Assembly (NCBI GenBank): GCA_937893495.1
Contig: CALBIE010000591.1
Span: forward strand, 1-47,201
Origin: an uncultured Verrucomicrobiales bacterium
Lineage (GTDB): Bacteria > Verrucomicrobiota > Verrucomicrobiia > Limisphaerales > JAYPXF01
Direction: 5' to 3'
Length of the DNA: 47,201 nucleotides
The notes below the pieces were generated by a model. It had not been told where the DNA came from and did not search any database. It saw nothing but the letters and a program-made list of their open reading frames with translations. Below, piece after piece: positions 25,912-36,131 of the stretch. The position numbers and the translations under genes were made by a program. Every line of letters begins with the position of its first letter. Position 1 is the stretch's first letter.

Positions 25912-28152
25912 ATGATGCCGGGTTCGAAAAAGCGAAAGATAGATTTTACCGATGTCGTGTTTTACGTCGCAATCGCGACGAAACATGCTCGGTTGATGGT
26001 GTTGTTGATGGCCATGTCTCTGACCGCCGGGCTGGTTTACTACATTTATGCCCGACCGCTCTATCGCGCCACGGCACTGGTCCATTATCAGGAGTTTAAG
26101 CAGCAAATCGATCGGGATGATGTCGAAAAGAAGCGGTTTGCACCCTTCATGGTCCTGGACGAGTTGACTGCCTCCCACATCGTCGGGCGGGTGATGGTGC
26201 GACTCGGCTACGTTGAAACGCCCGGTGTGACGGAGAAGCCGATGATTAAGAAAATCTCCGCATCCTTTGATTCGGAGAAAAACATTCTCGTTGACCTGTT
26301 TACGTTTAAAGCCGAATGGGCTAGACCCTTTTGCGAGCTGCTGGTCGCGGAGTTCAAGGCGGACCGCGAGCAGAAGACGGAGCAGACGCGTGCTTTGTGG
26401 GAGCGAAAAATCAAGGCGGAATTGGATCGATTGGAGATTGAAATCCAGAAACAGCACTACCTCGACTACCAGTTGAGCACCAATTTCAATCCGCAGCAGT
26501 TGACGATCGAGGTGGATCAACTAAGGAGCGTCCCCCGCGAATTGGCGGAAGTGTCCCAGAAACTGGCACTGGTCGAGCGAATCCAAAGCAAACTGGCGAC
26601 CACCAGGGACTTGACGGTGATGGAAAAGCTGACTCTGTATTCCTCAGTGGACGCCGGTTTGCGTCCCGGGCAATTGGTACCCGCGACGCCGGGCCAGGGA
26701 GCGCGTGAACTCAACAACAATGACAACGGTGCCGGGATTCGGTCGGACGACGGTAACTTCATTTCACGAGGTTCCCCTCCGGCGAATCGCTCGAACGGCT
26801 CGCGTATTGTGCCCCTGGGTCAAAGACAGATCAACGAATCGCTCTGGGAAAACCTCGTGCGGCAGCGTCTGCAACTGGAGAAACAGGTCGCCGACGCCAG
26901 TCGGATTTATCTTCCCAGGCACCCGAAAATGATCACCCTGCAACGGGCGATGGATGCCGTTGACCGGCAGTTGCAGGACGAACTACTGACTGCGGCGGCG
27001 CGTTTTGACCTGAACGTGAATTATCTTCTGAGCCGGAAAAATCAGTTGAATTCGTTGCTGCCGACGTTCTCGGAGAAATACAAGAGGCTCGAACGATATG
27101 AGAACGAAAAGCGATTACTGAAAGGATCGCAGCCCGACTGGGAAGGTGCCTATAAGCGCGCCAACATGCGCCTGGAGGAGATGCGCCTCGCTCTCGACAA
27201 CGAGCGGGTGAATCTTCAGTACGTTACCAATAAGCGAGTGCGCGATAAAATTCCCGTGTCCCCCAGCCGAGTGAAGCTGGTGCTTCTTTCATTTCTGCTT
27301 GGTCTCGCCCTGGCGGTCGGTGTTCCGTTCCTGCTCGAATTCATGGACCAGACGGTGACCAACATGGACAAACTTGAGGAAGAGACGGGAATGCGCGGAC
27401 TGGGAATTGTGCCGGACTTTGAGGAAACGCTCGCGGAATCCTATCCGCTGCTTGGGTCTGAGACGATGACTGATCCGGATATGCTGGAGAACTTCAGGGT
27501 CATTCGCACCAACTTGATATCCAGTGCGGCGACTTCAAAATATCCGCAAGTCATTCTGGTCACGAGCACGGGGCCCAAAGAGGGCAAGACAGTTGTCGCG
27601 TCGAATCTGGCAATCTCCTTCGCGCAGATGGGTGAAAAGACCCTTGTCATTGATTGCAACCTCCGGCGTGGCCTGATGCATCATCTCTTCAGCAGCCGAT
27701 CCAGCCCGGGATTGAGCAACGCGCTTGTTGAGAAGCTGGAAGTCGCGGATGCAATTCGGCCCACGGCGACGGAAAATCTTTCCTTGCTCCCCTGCGGCGA
27801 ACATCTGGAGGGAGACATCGAAATGCTCGGCTCCACGCGCATGCAGCAAATCATCGAAGAGTTGCGCGGCAAGTTTCAGCGAATCGTCATCGATGCTCCG
27901 CCAGTGTTGGGACTTTCCGAAACTTCCGTGCTGCAAGCCAATGTGGACGGCTCGATTATGGTCATTTGGAGCGCATTTACCTCGACGCGACAAATTCGGA
28001 TTGCCATGGAGATGCTGAAGGACAATCACGCTAATTTCTACGGCTTCGTACTGAATCGATTGGACCTGGCGGCGACGATGAATCGGTTCCATTACTACTA
28101 CTACTCCAATCACTACTACAATCGTTACCAGTCAATGACGCGGACCAGCTAG
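25912..28152 (+). CDS. wzc: Polysaccharide co-polymerase / BY-kinase (Wzc-like)
   Basis: Two TM helices around a coiled coil (YLPRHPKM); GPKEGKT Walker A, IVIDAPP Walker B, C-terminal Tyr cluster HYYYYSNHYYNRY. Confidence 0.92.
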   Translation: MMPGSKKRKIDFTDVVFYVAIATKHARLMVLLMAMSLTAGLVYYIYARPLYRATALVHYQEFKQQIDRDDVEKKRFAPFMVLDELTASHIVGRVMVRLGYVETPGVTEKPMIKKISASFDSEKNILVDLFTFKAEWARPFCELLVAEFKADREQKTEQTRALWERKIKAELDRLEIEIQKQHYLDYQLSTNFNPQQLTIEVDQLRSVPRELAEVSQKLALVERIQSKLATTRDLTVMEKLTLYSSVDAGLRPGQLVPATPGQGARELNNNDNGAGIRSDDGNFISRGSPPANRSNGSRIVPLGQRQINESLWENLVRQRLQLEKQVADASRIYLPRHPKMITLQRAMDAVDRQLQDELLTAAARFDLNVNYLLSRKNQLNSLLPTFSEKYKRLERYENEKRLLKGSQPDWEGAYKRANMRLEEMRLALDNERVNLQYVTNKRVRDKIPVSPSRVKLVLLSFLLGLALAVGVPFLLEFMDQTVTNMDKLEEETGMRGLGIVPDFEETLAESYPLLGSETMTDPDMLENFRVIRTNLISSAATSKYPQVILVTSTGPKEGKTVVASNLAISFAQMGEKTLVIDCNLRRGLMHHLFSSRSSPGLSNALVEKLEVADAIRPTATENLSLLPCGEHLEGDIEMLGSTRMQQIIEELRGKFQRIVIDAPPVLGLSETSVLQANVDGSIMVIWSAFTSTRQIRIAMEMLKDNHANFYGFVLNRLDLAATMNRFHYYYYSNHYYNRYQSMTRTS

Positions 28153-28231
28153 TCGGCGTCCGGGAAACATGGGGTTACGATTCTCCGGAGAATGACATTG
28201 GCGCGGAATTGAAACCCGCTGAACGGGATCT

Positions 28232-29194
28232 ATGGACGAAACGAAGGGCATGAAAGATGAGGAACTCCCAGGTGTTTCAGTCGTCATTCCGGCCTACAAC
28301 TACGCCCGTTTTCTTCCCTTTGCCGTTGAGTCCGCCCGGAGTCAGGATTATCCGAAGTTCGAGGTCGTGGTGATCGATGACGGTTCCAAAGACAACACGG
28401 CGGAGGTGATGAAGCAGTTCTCCTCACCGGTTCGCTACGTCTATCAGGACAACGTTGGCTTGTCTGCGGCGCGCAATAGCGGAATCCGGGAGGCGAAATA
28501 CGATTTCGTGGCTTTTCTAGATGCCGATGATGAGTTTCGCCCTGGTTTGCTGCGGGAGGGCATGTCGCGGTTTGCGGAATTGGTTGATGAATATGGGTTG
28601 GTTGCCTGCGCTGGTGAGCAGATTGATGTGGACGGAAAACCGCTTTACACCCGGAAACACGTTCCCGAAACGCCTCGCGAAGTTCGGGTTGAGGAGATTG
28701 TGATGCGGACCCGGTTCATGCCGACCGGTGTCATTTGCCGGAAACATGTCTTTGATAGCTGCGGCGGGTTTGACACGCAATTGAAGAGTACGGAGGATCG
28801 GGACATGTGGATTCGGATTGCCGCGCGGCACCGGGTCTTTCACCAGGGCAAGGTGCTGGCCAATATCCGGAAACACGGCGACAACATGAGCAACAACGCG
28901 GATCAGCAGCAGCGCAACATGTCGATCGTGTTAAAGAAATCGTGGCGCAATGGTGTTGTTCCGCGCGTCCGATTCTGGTTCTGGCTGCAGGTCTTTTCGT
29001 ATCGGCGATATCAGGCAGCCCTCATCTACAACGGCATCAAGCGCCCATGGCCGGCTTTCCGCGACCTGCTCGTCAGCATTCTTTACTGGCCTGTGTTTTT
29101 CAATCCCGCCTCCACGGGTGATCGTTTTATGTTCCGCTGTCGCCAGTTGGTTCGCTTTACCCTGAACGCCTTGCGGGGCGAAGTGAAACGCTGA
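28232..29194 (+). CDS. Glycosyltransferase family 2
   Basis: VSVVIPAYN, VIDDGSKD, GLSAARN, FLDADD, EDRDMWIR. Confidence 0.93.
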   Translation: MDETKGMKDEELPGVSVVIPAYNYARFLPFAVESARSQDYPKFEVVVIDDGSKDNTAEVMKQFSSPVRYVYQDNVGLSAARNSGIREAKYDFVAFLDADDEFRPGLLREGMSRFAELVDEYGLVACAGEQIDVDGKPLYTRKHVPETPREVRVEEIVMRTRFMPTGVICRKHVFDSCGGFDTQLKSTEDRDMWIRIAARHRVFHQGKVLANIRKHGDNMSNNADQQQRNMSIVLKKSWRNGVVPRVRFWFWLQVFSYRRYQAALIYNGIKRPWPAFRDLLVSILYWPVFFNPASTGDRFMFRCRQLVRFTLNALRGEVKR

Positions 29195-29218
29195 CGCAAT
29201 TTCATTGATCGATCGGCC

Positions 29219-30343
29219 ATGCGCAAAGCCAGACGTCTCCGCGTCCTGCACGTGAATCTTTCCCTCGAACCCGGAGGGATGGAGAACGGGATTGTCAACG
29301 TCGCCAATCGATTGCCGGAGGATGAGTTCGAGCTGTTTTTTTGCTGCCTTGAAACAGGCGGCGCATTTGTCGAGCGATTGAATCACCCCGAGAATGTTTT
29401 TGCCTTCAGTAAGGCGCCGGGATTTTCGCTGAGCACGGTCTGGAATGTGATGAAGACTGTGGCGAGGACATCACCGGATGTAGTGCATCCGCACAACCTC
29501 GCCCCCTTGACTTACGCCACGCTTGGTACGTTTCTGGGATTTTGGAAACCCTTACTACAGGGGGAGCACGGGGTATTTCAGGGCGAGCAGGGTTCGGCCC
29601 GACGATTGCTCCAACGGCGGCGGCTGTATCATTGCTGTCGGAAAGTCCACACGGTTTCCGAAGGGTTGCGACAATACCTGATTGCTCAGGGCTTTCCGGG
29701 GAACAAGATCGTCTCCGTTGTCAATGGTGTGGATACCGCCCGGTTTGTTCCGGCTGACCGCGTGGCGATCCGCCGCCAAATCAATCTCCCGCCCGAGGCA
29801 ACCGTTTTGGGAATCGTGGGACGATTTGATCCGAACAAAAAGCACCTGCTTCTGCTGGAGGCATTTCACCGGATAGCGGAGGGGCATCCTTCCGTCCATT
29901 TTTTGATCCTGGGCGACAACGGCAGCGAACGGGAGAACATTCTGGCCGCTGTGGAGGCCAGTCCGTGCCGATCCCGCATTCATTTGGCGGGATTTCAGGC
30001 CGATCCATTGCCCTGGTATCAGGCCATGGATCTACTGGTAATGCCCTCGCCGTTCGAGGGTCTGTCCAACGCGGTGCTCGAGGCGATGGCCTGCGCAGTG
30101 CCTGTGCTGGGGAACGTGGCTTGTGGCAATGCCGAAGTGATCGAGCATGGCGTCGATGGCGTGCTTGCAGGACTGGATTCGGTTGATACCCTTGCCGTTG
30201 AAATTGCTCGATTGCTCGATGCCCCAAAAAAGGTGCGGCAACTGGCCGAAGCAGCTCGTCGAAAGATGGTTGAACGGTTTTCCATCAACGCCATGGTGGA
30301 TCGCTATGCGGCGCTCTACCGGGAAGTGGCCGGCTGGGGTTGA
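29219..30343 (+). CDS. Glycosyltransferase family 4
   Basis: GGMEN, NGVDTARF, VGRF, EGLSNAVLEAMA. Confidence 0.93.
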   Translation: MRKARRLRVLHVNLSLEPGGMENGIVNVANRLPEDEFELFFCCLETGGAFVERLNHPENVFAFSKAPGFSLSTVWNVMKTVARTSPDVVHPHNLAPLTYATLGTFLGFWKPLLQGEHGVFQGEQGSARRLLQRRRLYHCCRKVHTVSEGLRQYLIAQGFPGNKIVSVVNGVDTARFVPADRVAIRRQINLPPEATVLGIVGRFDPNKKHLLLLEAFHRIAEGHPSVHFLILGDNGSERENILAAVEASPCRSRIHLAGFQADPLPWYQAMDLLVMPSPFEGLSNAVLEAMACAVPVLGNVACGNAEVIEHGVDGVLAGLDSVDTLAVEIARLLDAPKKVRQLAEAARRKMVERFSINAMVDRYAALYREVAGWG

Positions 30344-30404
30344 TCCCGGCCCGTTAATTCGGAATTTGAATTTGAGCCGGGAAATCAGATAGAGTGTCTC
30401 TGTC

Positions 30405-31952
30405 ATGGATTTTGTATCCATCGCGCTATTTACGATTCTGCTTTACGTGCGCCCGCAGGAAATCTTCGGATTCCTCGAGGCGTTGCGGCCCGCATTTGTT
30501 GTCATGGCCATGGGGTTTGTGGCGCTCCTGGTAAGGCCCGGCGGGTTGAATCCAAAGACGATTCTGCGCACGCCGCACGACTGGTTGATGGCGGCTTACT
30601 TTCTCTGGATTATCTTCACCAACGAAGCGGAGTACGAGACCTGGAAAAAGATTTATCCGTTCGTCGGCTTCTACTTTATCTCGGTGCAGGCGCTGACCAG
30701 CGTGGAGAGGATTTACCAACTGCTCTACGTCCTGTTGGGTTGCATCATGTTCATCGCCATCATGGCCCTGGCGCAACTGATCGGCATTGATCCCGTCGGC
30801 TCAGCGGGCGTGACGGAGGGCTCTAACGGCCGACTGGTTTTCAATACGGGCCTGTTTAACAACGCCAATGCGCTCGGGCATAGCGTCATTGTGGCGATTC
30901 CTTTGACCTACTTCCTGATGGTCTGGAAACGTGAGATCTTCGTCAAGGAAGTCGCCATCCCGATGTTCGGAATTGCACTGTGGTGCGTATATCTGACGGA
31001 ATCCAAGGGCTCCTTTATCTCGGGGTTTGGTGCCGTGCTCGCGACGTTGACGTTTGGGCGTCCCAAGTGGATTCAGGCGATTATTCTCACGCTGGCGCTG
31101 ACAGTTGGATGGGGCGCGATGGCTGCCCTTCCGCGATTCGGCGAGCTGCAAGCCAGCAAGGCCAGTAAGGACGAGGCGATTCAAGGCCGCGTCCGGGCGT
31201 TTGTATTTGGAAGGTGGGCTACGGACACCTTGCAATACGGTGTGGGATACGGAAATTTCGTCGATGCCATGGCTCGCAAGGAAGGCGAAGAGGCAGCCAT
31301 CGCCTCGCACTCGTCCTACAACCAGATCAGCGCCGAGCTGGGCAAAGGTGGTTTGTTCCTTTTCGTCGGCCTGATGTACGTGGCAATGCGGACCTTGGTT
31401 CAGGCGAAGACAGCCAATGTTCAGGAGGAACGGATTCGACGCGCCATGTTTTGTCTGGTGTTGGGGTATGGTGTGTCGTCGTGGATGATCGACTTCGGGT
31501 TTCGCGCGCTGTTTTTTCTTATGATCGCCATGGTCGGGGCGTTTCATCGAATGCTTCAGACGCGTACCGGTGTGGTCGGGGCTGAGCAGGACCTGGAGCA
31601 GGCTTTACAGCGTGAGAGCAATCCCCTCCACGGAATGGCTGCTGCCGGTGCAACGGGCGCGCAGACCTATATGGCGCAAATGAAACAGATTCGCGGTGCC
31701 GCCCGTCGGGGGATGGGGACGGCGATGTCCGCTGTCGCGCCCATTGCCCCATTGTCCGGGTCAGCCACGATTCAGGCCTCTAATGCTTACGCCCCTGCTG
31801 CGATTGAACCCGGAATTGCGTTGCCGACGGGAGCGTCCAGTTTCATGCCCTGGGCCCGGTTGGGTTGGCTTGATTTTGTCCTCATGTATGCCTTGCTGCG
31901 TTTGGCCCTGTATATCCGCGTTTACGCCATTGAAGACCTATTTGCGGGGTAG
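30405..31952 (+). CDS. O-antigen ligase / Wzy polymerase-like membrane protein
   Basis: Multi-TM; NANALG, TESKGS, GVGYGNF, SHSSY..ISAELG as in Wzy_C. Confidence 0.85.
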   Translation: MDFVSIALFTILLYVRPQEIFGFLEALRPAFVVMAMGFVALLVRPGGLNPKTILRTPHDWLMAAYFLWIIFTNEAEYETWKKIYPFVGFYFISVQALTSVERIYQLLYVLLGCIMFIAIMALAQLIGIDPVGSAGVTEGSNGRLVFNTGLFNNANALGHSVIVAIPLTYFLMVWKREIFVKEVAIPMFGIALWCVYLTESKGSFISGFGAVLATLTFGRPKWIQAIILTLALTVGWGAMAALPRFGELQASKASKDEAIQGRVRAFVFGRWATDTLQYGVGYGNFVDAMARKEGEEAAIASHSSYNQISAELGKGGLFLFVGLMYVAMRTLVQAKTANVQEERIRRAMFCLVLGYGVSSWMIDFGFRALFFLMIAMVGAFHRMLQTRTGVVGAEQDLEQALQRESNPLHGMAAAGATGAQTYMAQMKQIRGAARRGMGTAMSAVAPIAPLSGSATIQASNAYAPAAIEPGIALPTGASSFMPWARLGWLDFVLMYALLRLALYIRVYAIEDLFAG

Positions 31953-31975
31953 TGGTGTTTACTACCCGTCATTGA

Positions 31976-33115
31976 ATGGAACTCAATCAACCTTGCCATT
32001 GGTTCTTCTGGGGTAGTTTCGTGGCGCTTGGTTATACCTTTGTCGGGTACCCGATCGTGATTGGCACTTTGGCGCGGCTTTTCCCTCGTCCAATTAACAA
32101 ATCAAAGCCGGTAGTCTGGCCGCACGTGTCGGTGGTCATTGTTGCCTATAATGAAGCTGCCCGAATTCGTGATCGGATTGAGAATCTTTTTGCTGCGGAC
32201 TATCCGGAGGAACGGCTGCGGGTCATCGTCGTGACCGACGGCTCCGATGACGGCACGTCGCAGTTGTTGAAAGACCTGAAACATCCCCGTCTTGACCTGA
32301 TTGAGCGAGCAGCGCGCAGTGGTAAGTCGGCCTGTGTCAACGCGGGAATCGCCCATGCAGACAGCGAGTTGGTGGTATTGTGCGATGCCCGACAGCGATT
32401 CGAGTCAGAGACAATTCGGGAACTGGTGCAAAATTTTTCAGATGATCGCGTTGGCGCTGTCAGTGGCGAGTTGTTGATCGAAGGCGCTTCCACGAGCATC
32501 GGCGGTGGGGTGGATCTCTACTGGCGACTGGAAAAGTTCATTCGCGCCGCTGAATCACGCTTTCGATCCGTCATCGGGGTTACGGGTGCGGTTTACGCGA
32601 TTCGGAGGGAACTCTTTGTGCCGATTCCGGAGGATACTTTGCTGGATGACGTGGTGATTCCGATGCAGATTGTTCTACGGGGTTATCGTGTAGGATTTGA
32701 CGCGGACGCCCGGGCGTATGATCCACAGATGACTGATCCCGCGCGGGAGAAACGACGCAAGCTCCGCACGCTGGCCGGCAATTACCAGATGTTTTTCCGC
32801 TACCCGGGATGGATGATGCCGTGGCGAACCGCATTGTGGTGGCAGTTGATCTCGCATAAATACTCGCGAATCCTGGCACCATTCCTTATGATCATACAGC
32901 TCGTGTCCAATGTCATACTGCATGAACAGCCGGGATATCGGCAGTTGCTGATTGCGCACGCCGGGTTTTACCTTCTGGCCCTGCTCGGGACTCTGATGTC
33001 GGGTTTCAAAGTGCGCCTGATCTCCGTGCCGGCGGGTTTTGTATTTCTGAACATGATGGTGATGGGCGGCTTTTGGAATTTCCTGCGCGGGAGTTACCGG
33101 CAGGGAAAATGGTAG
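31976..33115 (+). CDS. Membrane-associated glycosyltransferase family 2
   Basis: VAYNE, TDGSDD, GKS, CDARQ, GAVYAIRR, LDD, RKLRT; TM helices at both ends. Confidence 0.92.
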   Translation: MELNQPCHWFFWGSFVALGYTFVGYPIVIGTLARLFPRPINKSKPVVWPHVSVVIVAYNEAARIRDRIENLFAADYPEERLRVIVVTDGSDDGTSQLLKDLKHPRLDLIERAARSGKSACVNAGIAHADSELVVLCDARQRFESETIRELVQNFSDDRVGAVSGELLIEGASTSIGGGVDLYWRLEKFIRAAESRFRSVIGVTGAVYAIRRELFVPIPEDTLLDDVVIPMQIVLRGYRVGFDADARAYDPQMTDPAREKRRKLRTLAGNYQMFFRYPGWMMPWRTALWWQLISHKYSRILAPFLMIIQLVSNVILHEQPGYRQLLIAHAGFYLLALLGTLMSGFKVRLISVPAGFVFLNMMVMGGFWNFLRGSYRQGKW

Positions 33116-33118
33116 GAC

Positions 33119-33889
33119 GTGTGGCGTATGCTCAGCTTTGCTTTTCATTCTTCCCGGCTGGCCGGCTGGCCGGTCTGGCATCGATGGTTGGCACCTCGGG
33201 CGCGGCCTGCCGATGCGTTCGGCTTCGCGATGTACTACCATTGCCGAAGCACTCGCCGCGTGCCGGGCTTTGTCCGTAAAGTCAAACACACCAAGCTGAT
33301 TGACCTGACTCGCTCCGAGGATGAGATATTTGGTGACTTCAACAAGAACGCGAAGCAGAAGCTAAAACGCGCGGTGGCGGACAGCCTGCGTTTTACGACC
33401 GACAACACCCTGGAGGAACTGCGCGAAGTCTATAACGCGTTTGCCGGGGCGAAAGGACTGCCATTGGTGGAAGACCGGGTGCTGGAGGCCTACTGGCCGA
33501 AGCTGGTGGTCACAAAGCTGTCGTCAGACAATCAGACGCTGATCATGCACAGTTACATGTTGGACGAAGCCGCGAAATATGCCTGTCAAATTCAAGCCGC
33601 ATCCATGTTCCGTGTGCTGGACATCCCGGATGCCAACGCCTTTTTCGGCCGTGCCAACCGGTATTTGCATTATCTGGATATGCTGCTTTTGAAGGAGCGG
33701 GGTTATCAGACGTTTGATATTGGCGGTGTCGCGGTGGACACGGAGGACCCGGTGCTGAAGGAAGTGAATGCCTTCAAGGACAGTTTTGGCGGCGAATTGG
33801 TGGAAATGAGCACCTATCTTTCTCTGCCGCTGTGGCTCGGACGCAAACTGTCCGATTGGTTCGGGCGCGAGAAAAAACCCCGGGACTAG
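33119..33889 (+). CDS. FemAB-like GNAT-fold protein (putative polysaccharide acyl/aminoacyl transferase)
   Basis: IDLTRSEDEIF, ANRYLH, FDIGG, FKDSFGG. Confidence 0.75.
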   Translation: MWRMLSFAFHSSRLAGWPVWHRWLAPRARPADAFGFAMYYHCRSTRRVPGFVRKVKHTKLIDLTRSEDEIFGDFNKNAKQKLKRAVADSLRFTTDNTLEELREVYNAFAGAKGLPLVEDRVLEAYWPKLVVTKLSSDNQTLIMHSYMLDEAAKYACQIQAASMFRVLDIPDANAFFGRANRYLHYLDMLLLKERGYQTFDIGGVAVDTEDPVLKEVNAFKDSFGGELVEMSTYLSLPLWLGRKLSDWFGREKKPRD

Positions 33890-34061
33890 CTTGGGCTTCG
33901 GGCCCCCGTTCCTGCCGCCGAACTGTTCTTGTGCGTCTGGTCCGGTCGAAATAACATTTTTATCCGCAGTTGGCCCGCGACCGACGAATCCAAAGTATTG
34001 CGGAGAATTGGAACGGCACCATCAGTTGTCGGGCAGAGACTGCATTATCAACAACGGTCAA

Positions 34062-35003
34062 ATGTACAGACTCAAGATCATGCTTGCACGCCTGGCGCAG
34101 TTCATTGCGCATTATTCCGGTGTGTCCACGCGCCGTGCGGGCGCGGGCAGTGGTGGTCGAATTCTGATGTACCATGGCGTCGGTGTAGCGGACTGTCGAG
34201 CGGATGTTTTCGAAAGCCAGATTCGTTTTCTCACGGAACATTTTCAGATTGTGTCGCTCAGCGACATGGTCACGGGTGTGCAAAAGCAGCCGGAGGAACT
34301 GGATGGCAAGATCGCGCTGACCTTCGACGATGGCTTGCGCAACAATTTTACGGTGGCGTATCCGGTGCTCAAAAAGTACCGTGCTCCGGCGACTTTTTTC
34401 ATATGTCCCGGCCTGATCGACAGGGGCGCCTGGCTCTGGAACGTGGAAGCGCGTTGTCGGATGAAGAGTTTGGCTGCCGGCGAACTTTCTCGCCTCGCTG
34501 ATGGGCTGGGTCGTTTCGGTGCCTCGCCGAACCAAGTGGTGGATTGGATGAAAACGCTGCCGTTCGAATCGCGGCGGCATGTGGAGGAAGTCATTCGGCG
34601 GGAGACTCGAACATTTACGCCCGGCGAGCGACTCAGGAGCGAGAATGATCTGATGAGCTGGGACGAAGTCCGACAACTGGATCCGGCATTGATCAGTATC
34701 GGTGCCCACACCACCAATCATCCGATTCTCAAACATTGTACGCCGGAGGAGTTGACGGCCGAAGTGAGCGAATGCGGTCAACGAATCGAGGATCATATTC
34801 ATCGGCCGGTCGAGCATTTCTGTTACCCGAACGGGGATTTCAACGAGACCGTCGTGCGTTATACCGAGAAGAACTACCGTGCGGCCGTCACGACGCAGCC
34901 GGGTTATGTCCGCGGAGGCGCGTCGGTTCATCAATTGCCTCGCATTGGTTCGACCCACAATCTTACCTATCTTTCCTGGCGACTGCACCGGCCGTTTTCC
35001 TGA
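34062..35003 (+). CDS. Polysaccharide deacetylase (NodB/IcaB-like)
   Basis: ILMYHGV, LTFDDG, PATFF, IGAHTTNHP, FCYPNG, LPRI. ATG 34062 preferred. Confidence 0.92.
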   Translation: MYRLKIMLARLAQFIAHYSGVSTRRAGAGSGGRILMYHGVGVADCRADVFESQIRFLTEHFQIVSLSDMVTGVQKQPEELDGKIALTFDDGLRNNFTVAYPVLKKYRAPATFFICPGLIDRGAWLWNVEARCRMKSLAAGELSRLADGLGRFGASPNQVVDWMKTLPFESRRHVEEVIRRETRTFTPGERLRSENDLMSWDEVRQLDPALISIGAHTTNHPILKHCTPEELTAEVSECGQRIEDHIHRPVEHFCYPNGDFNETVVRYTEKNYRAAVTTQPGYVRGGASVHQLPRIGSTHNLTYLSWRLHRPFS

Positions 35004-35006
35004 GGC

Positions 35007-36131
35007 ATGATCGATTACCTGAAGACCGCCCGATACTGGCTTCCCACTTATCTTCGGCAGCCGGTCGATCCACTTCCCTCCGGGATGAAGGACGTGATGG
35101 TTTGCGTCTGCGATCACTTCGAACCTCTGCACGGCGCGAACAAACCTGAAGCGCGCGCGCGCCTGGTTCGGTGGAAGAAGAAGTTTCCTGAGAATATCGC
35201 TCCTTTCAAAGATGCCGATGGGATTCATCCCCGACACACGCTGTTCTACCCGGTGGAGCAGTACGATTCTGACCTGCTTTGCGAAATTGAGGAACTGGTG
35301 GCTGCGAGCGGCGCCGAGGTTGAGTTGCATCTGCATCACGATAACGAAAACAGTGAACGATTCCGTCGCCATATCGTGGAGGGGATTGAAAACTTTCGAA
35401 AGCACGGCTTTCTCTCTTCTGATCGATCAGGGAAAACCCGTTACGGATTCGTGCATGGCGATTGGGCTTTGGACAACTCGCATCCGCTGGGGATCAATTG
35501 CGGCGTCGATGACGAAATCCGGTTGCTGCGGGAAACGGGTTGTTATGCCGATTTCACGCTTCCTTCCGCGCCGGATGCCGCTCAGACGAGCACTATCAAT
35601 CGCATCTATTACGCCATGGACAGCCTTCGTTCCAAATCACACGACACGGGTGTGGCGGCGCGGGTTATGTCCGATGAACCCGAACCGCGGGCGATTGACA
35701 CGCCCCGATTCGGAGACCTGTTGCTCGTGCAGGGCCCCCTCGGATTGAATTGGGAGTGTCGCAAGTTCGGGTTTCTTCCGCGCGTTGATAATGCGGACCT
35801 GACGAAAGTGAATCCGCCGACTGAGTCTCGGTTGCGGCTCTGGTTGCGATTGCACATTCACGTCGTGGGGCGTCCGGAGTGGACATTCATCAAACTGCAT
35901 TGTCACGGTGCCCCGCCGCCCAACTCGGAGGTTTTTCTGGGCGACCCTTATCGTCAATTTCACGAACACCTGGCCGCGGAATTGACCGGGGCAAAAAACT
36001 GGCGGCTCCATTATGTGACGGCCCGCGAGCTGGTTAACATCGTGCATGCGGCCGAGGATGGTCACTCGGGAAATGCCGGCGAGTTTCGTGATTATCGTTA
36101 CCGGCTGAATAACTCGAAGGGCGAGGCGTGA
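35007..36131 (+). CDS. Hypothetical His-rich protein, possibly deacetylase/hydrolase-like
   Basis: CDHFEP, ELHLHH, FVHGDWALDN, YADFT, IKLHCHG; tightly coupled within the operon. Confidence 0.7.
   Translation: MIDYLKTARYWLPTYLRQPVDPLPSGMKDVMVCVCDHFEPLHGANKPEARARLVRWKKKFPENIAPFKDADGIHPRHTLFYPVEQYDSDLLCEIEELVAASGAEVELHLHHDNENSERFRRHIVEGIENFRKHGFLSSDRSGKTRYGFVHGDWALDNSHPLGINCGVDDEIRLLRETGCYADFTLPSAPDAAQTSTINRIYYAMDSLRSKSHDTGVAARVMSDEPEPRAIDTPRFGDLLLVQGPLGLNWECRKFGFLPRVDNADLTKVNPPTESRLRLWLRLHIHVVGRPEWTFIKLHCHGAPPPNSEVFLGDPYRQFHEHLAAELTGAKNWRLHYVTARELVNIVHAAEDGHSGNAGEFRDYRYRLNNSKGEA

Noticed and set aside
33960-35405. 481-aa minus-strand ORF
   Set aside because: Antisense shadow of two well-supported plus-strand genes; no motifs.
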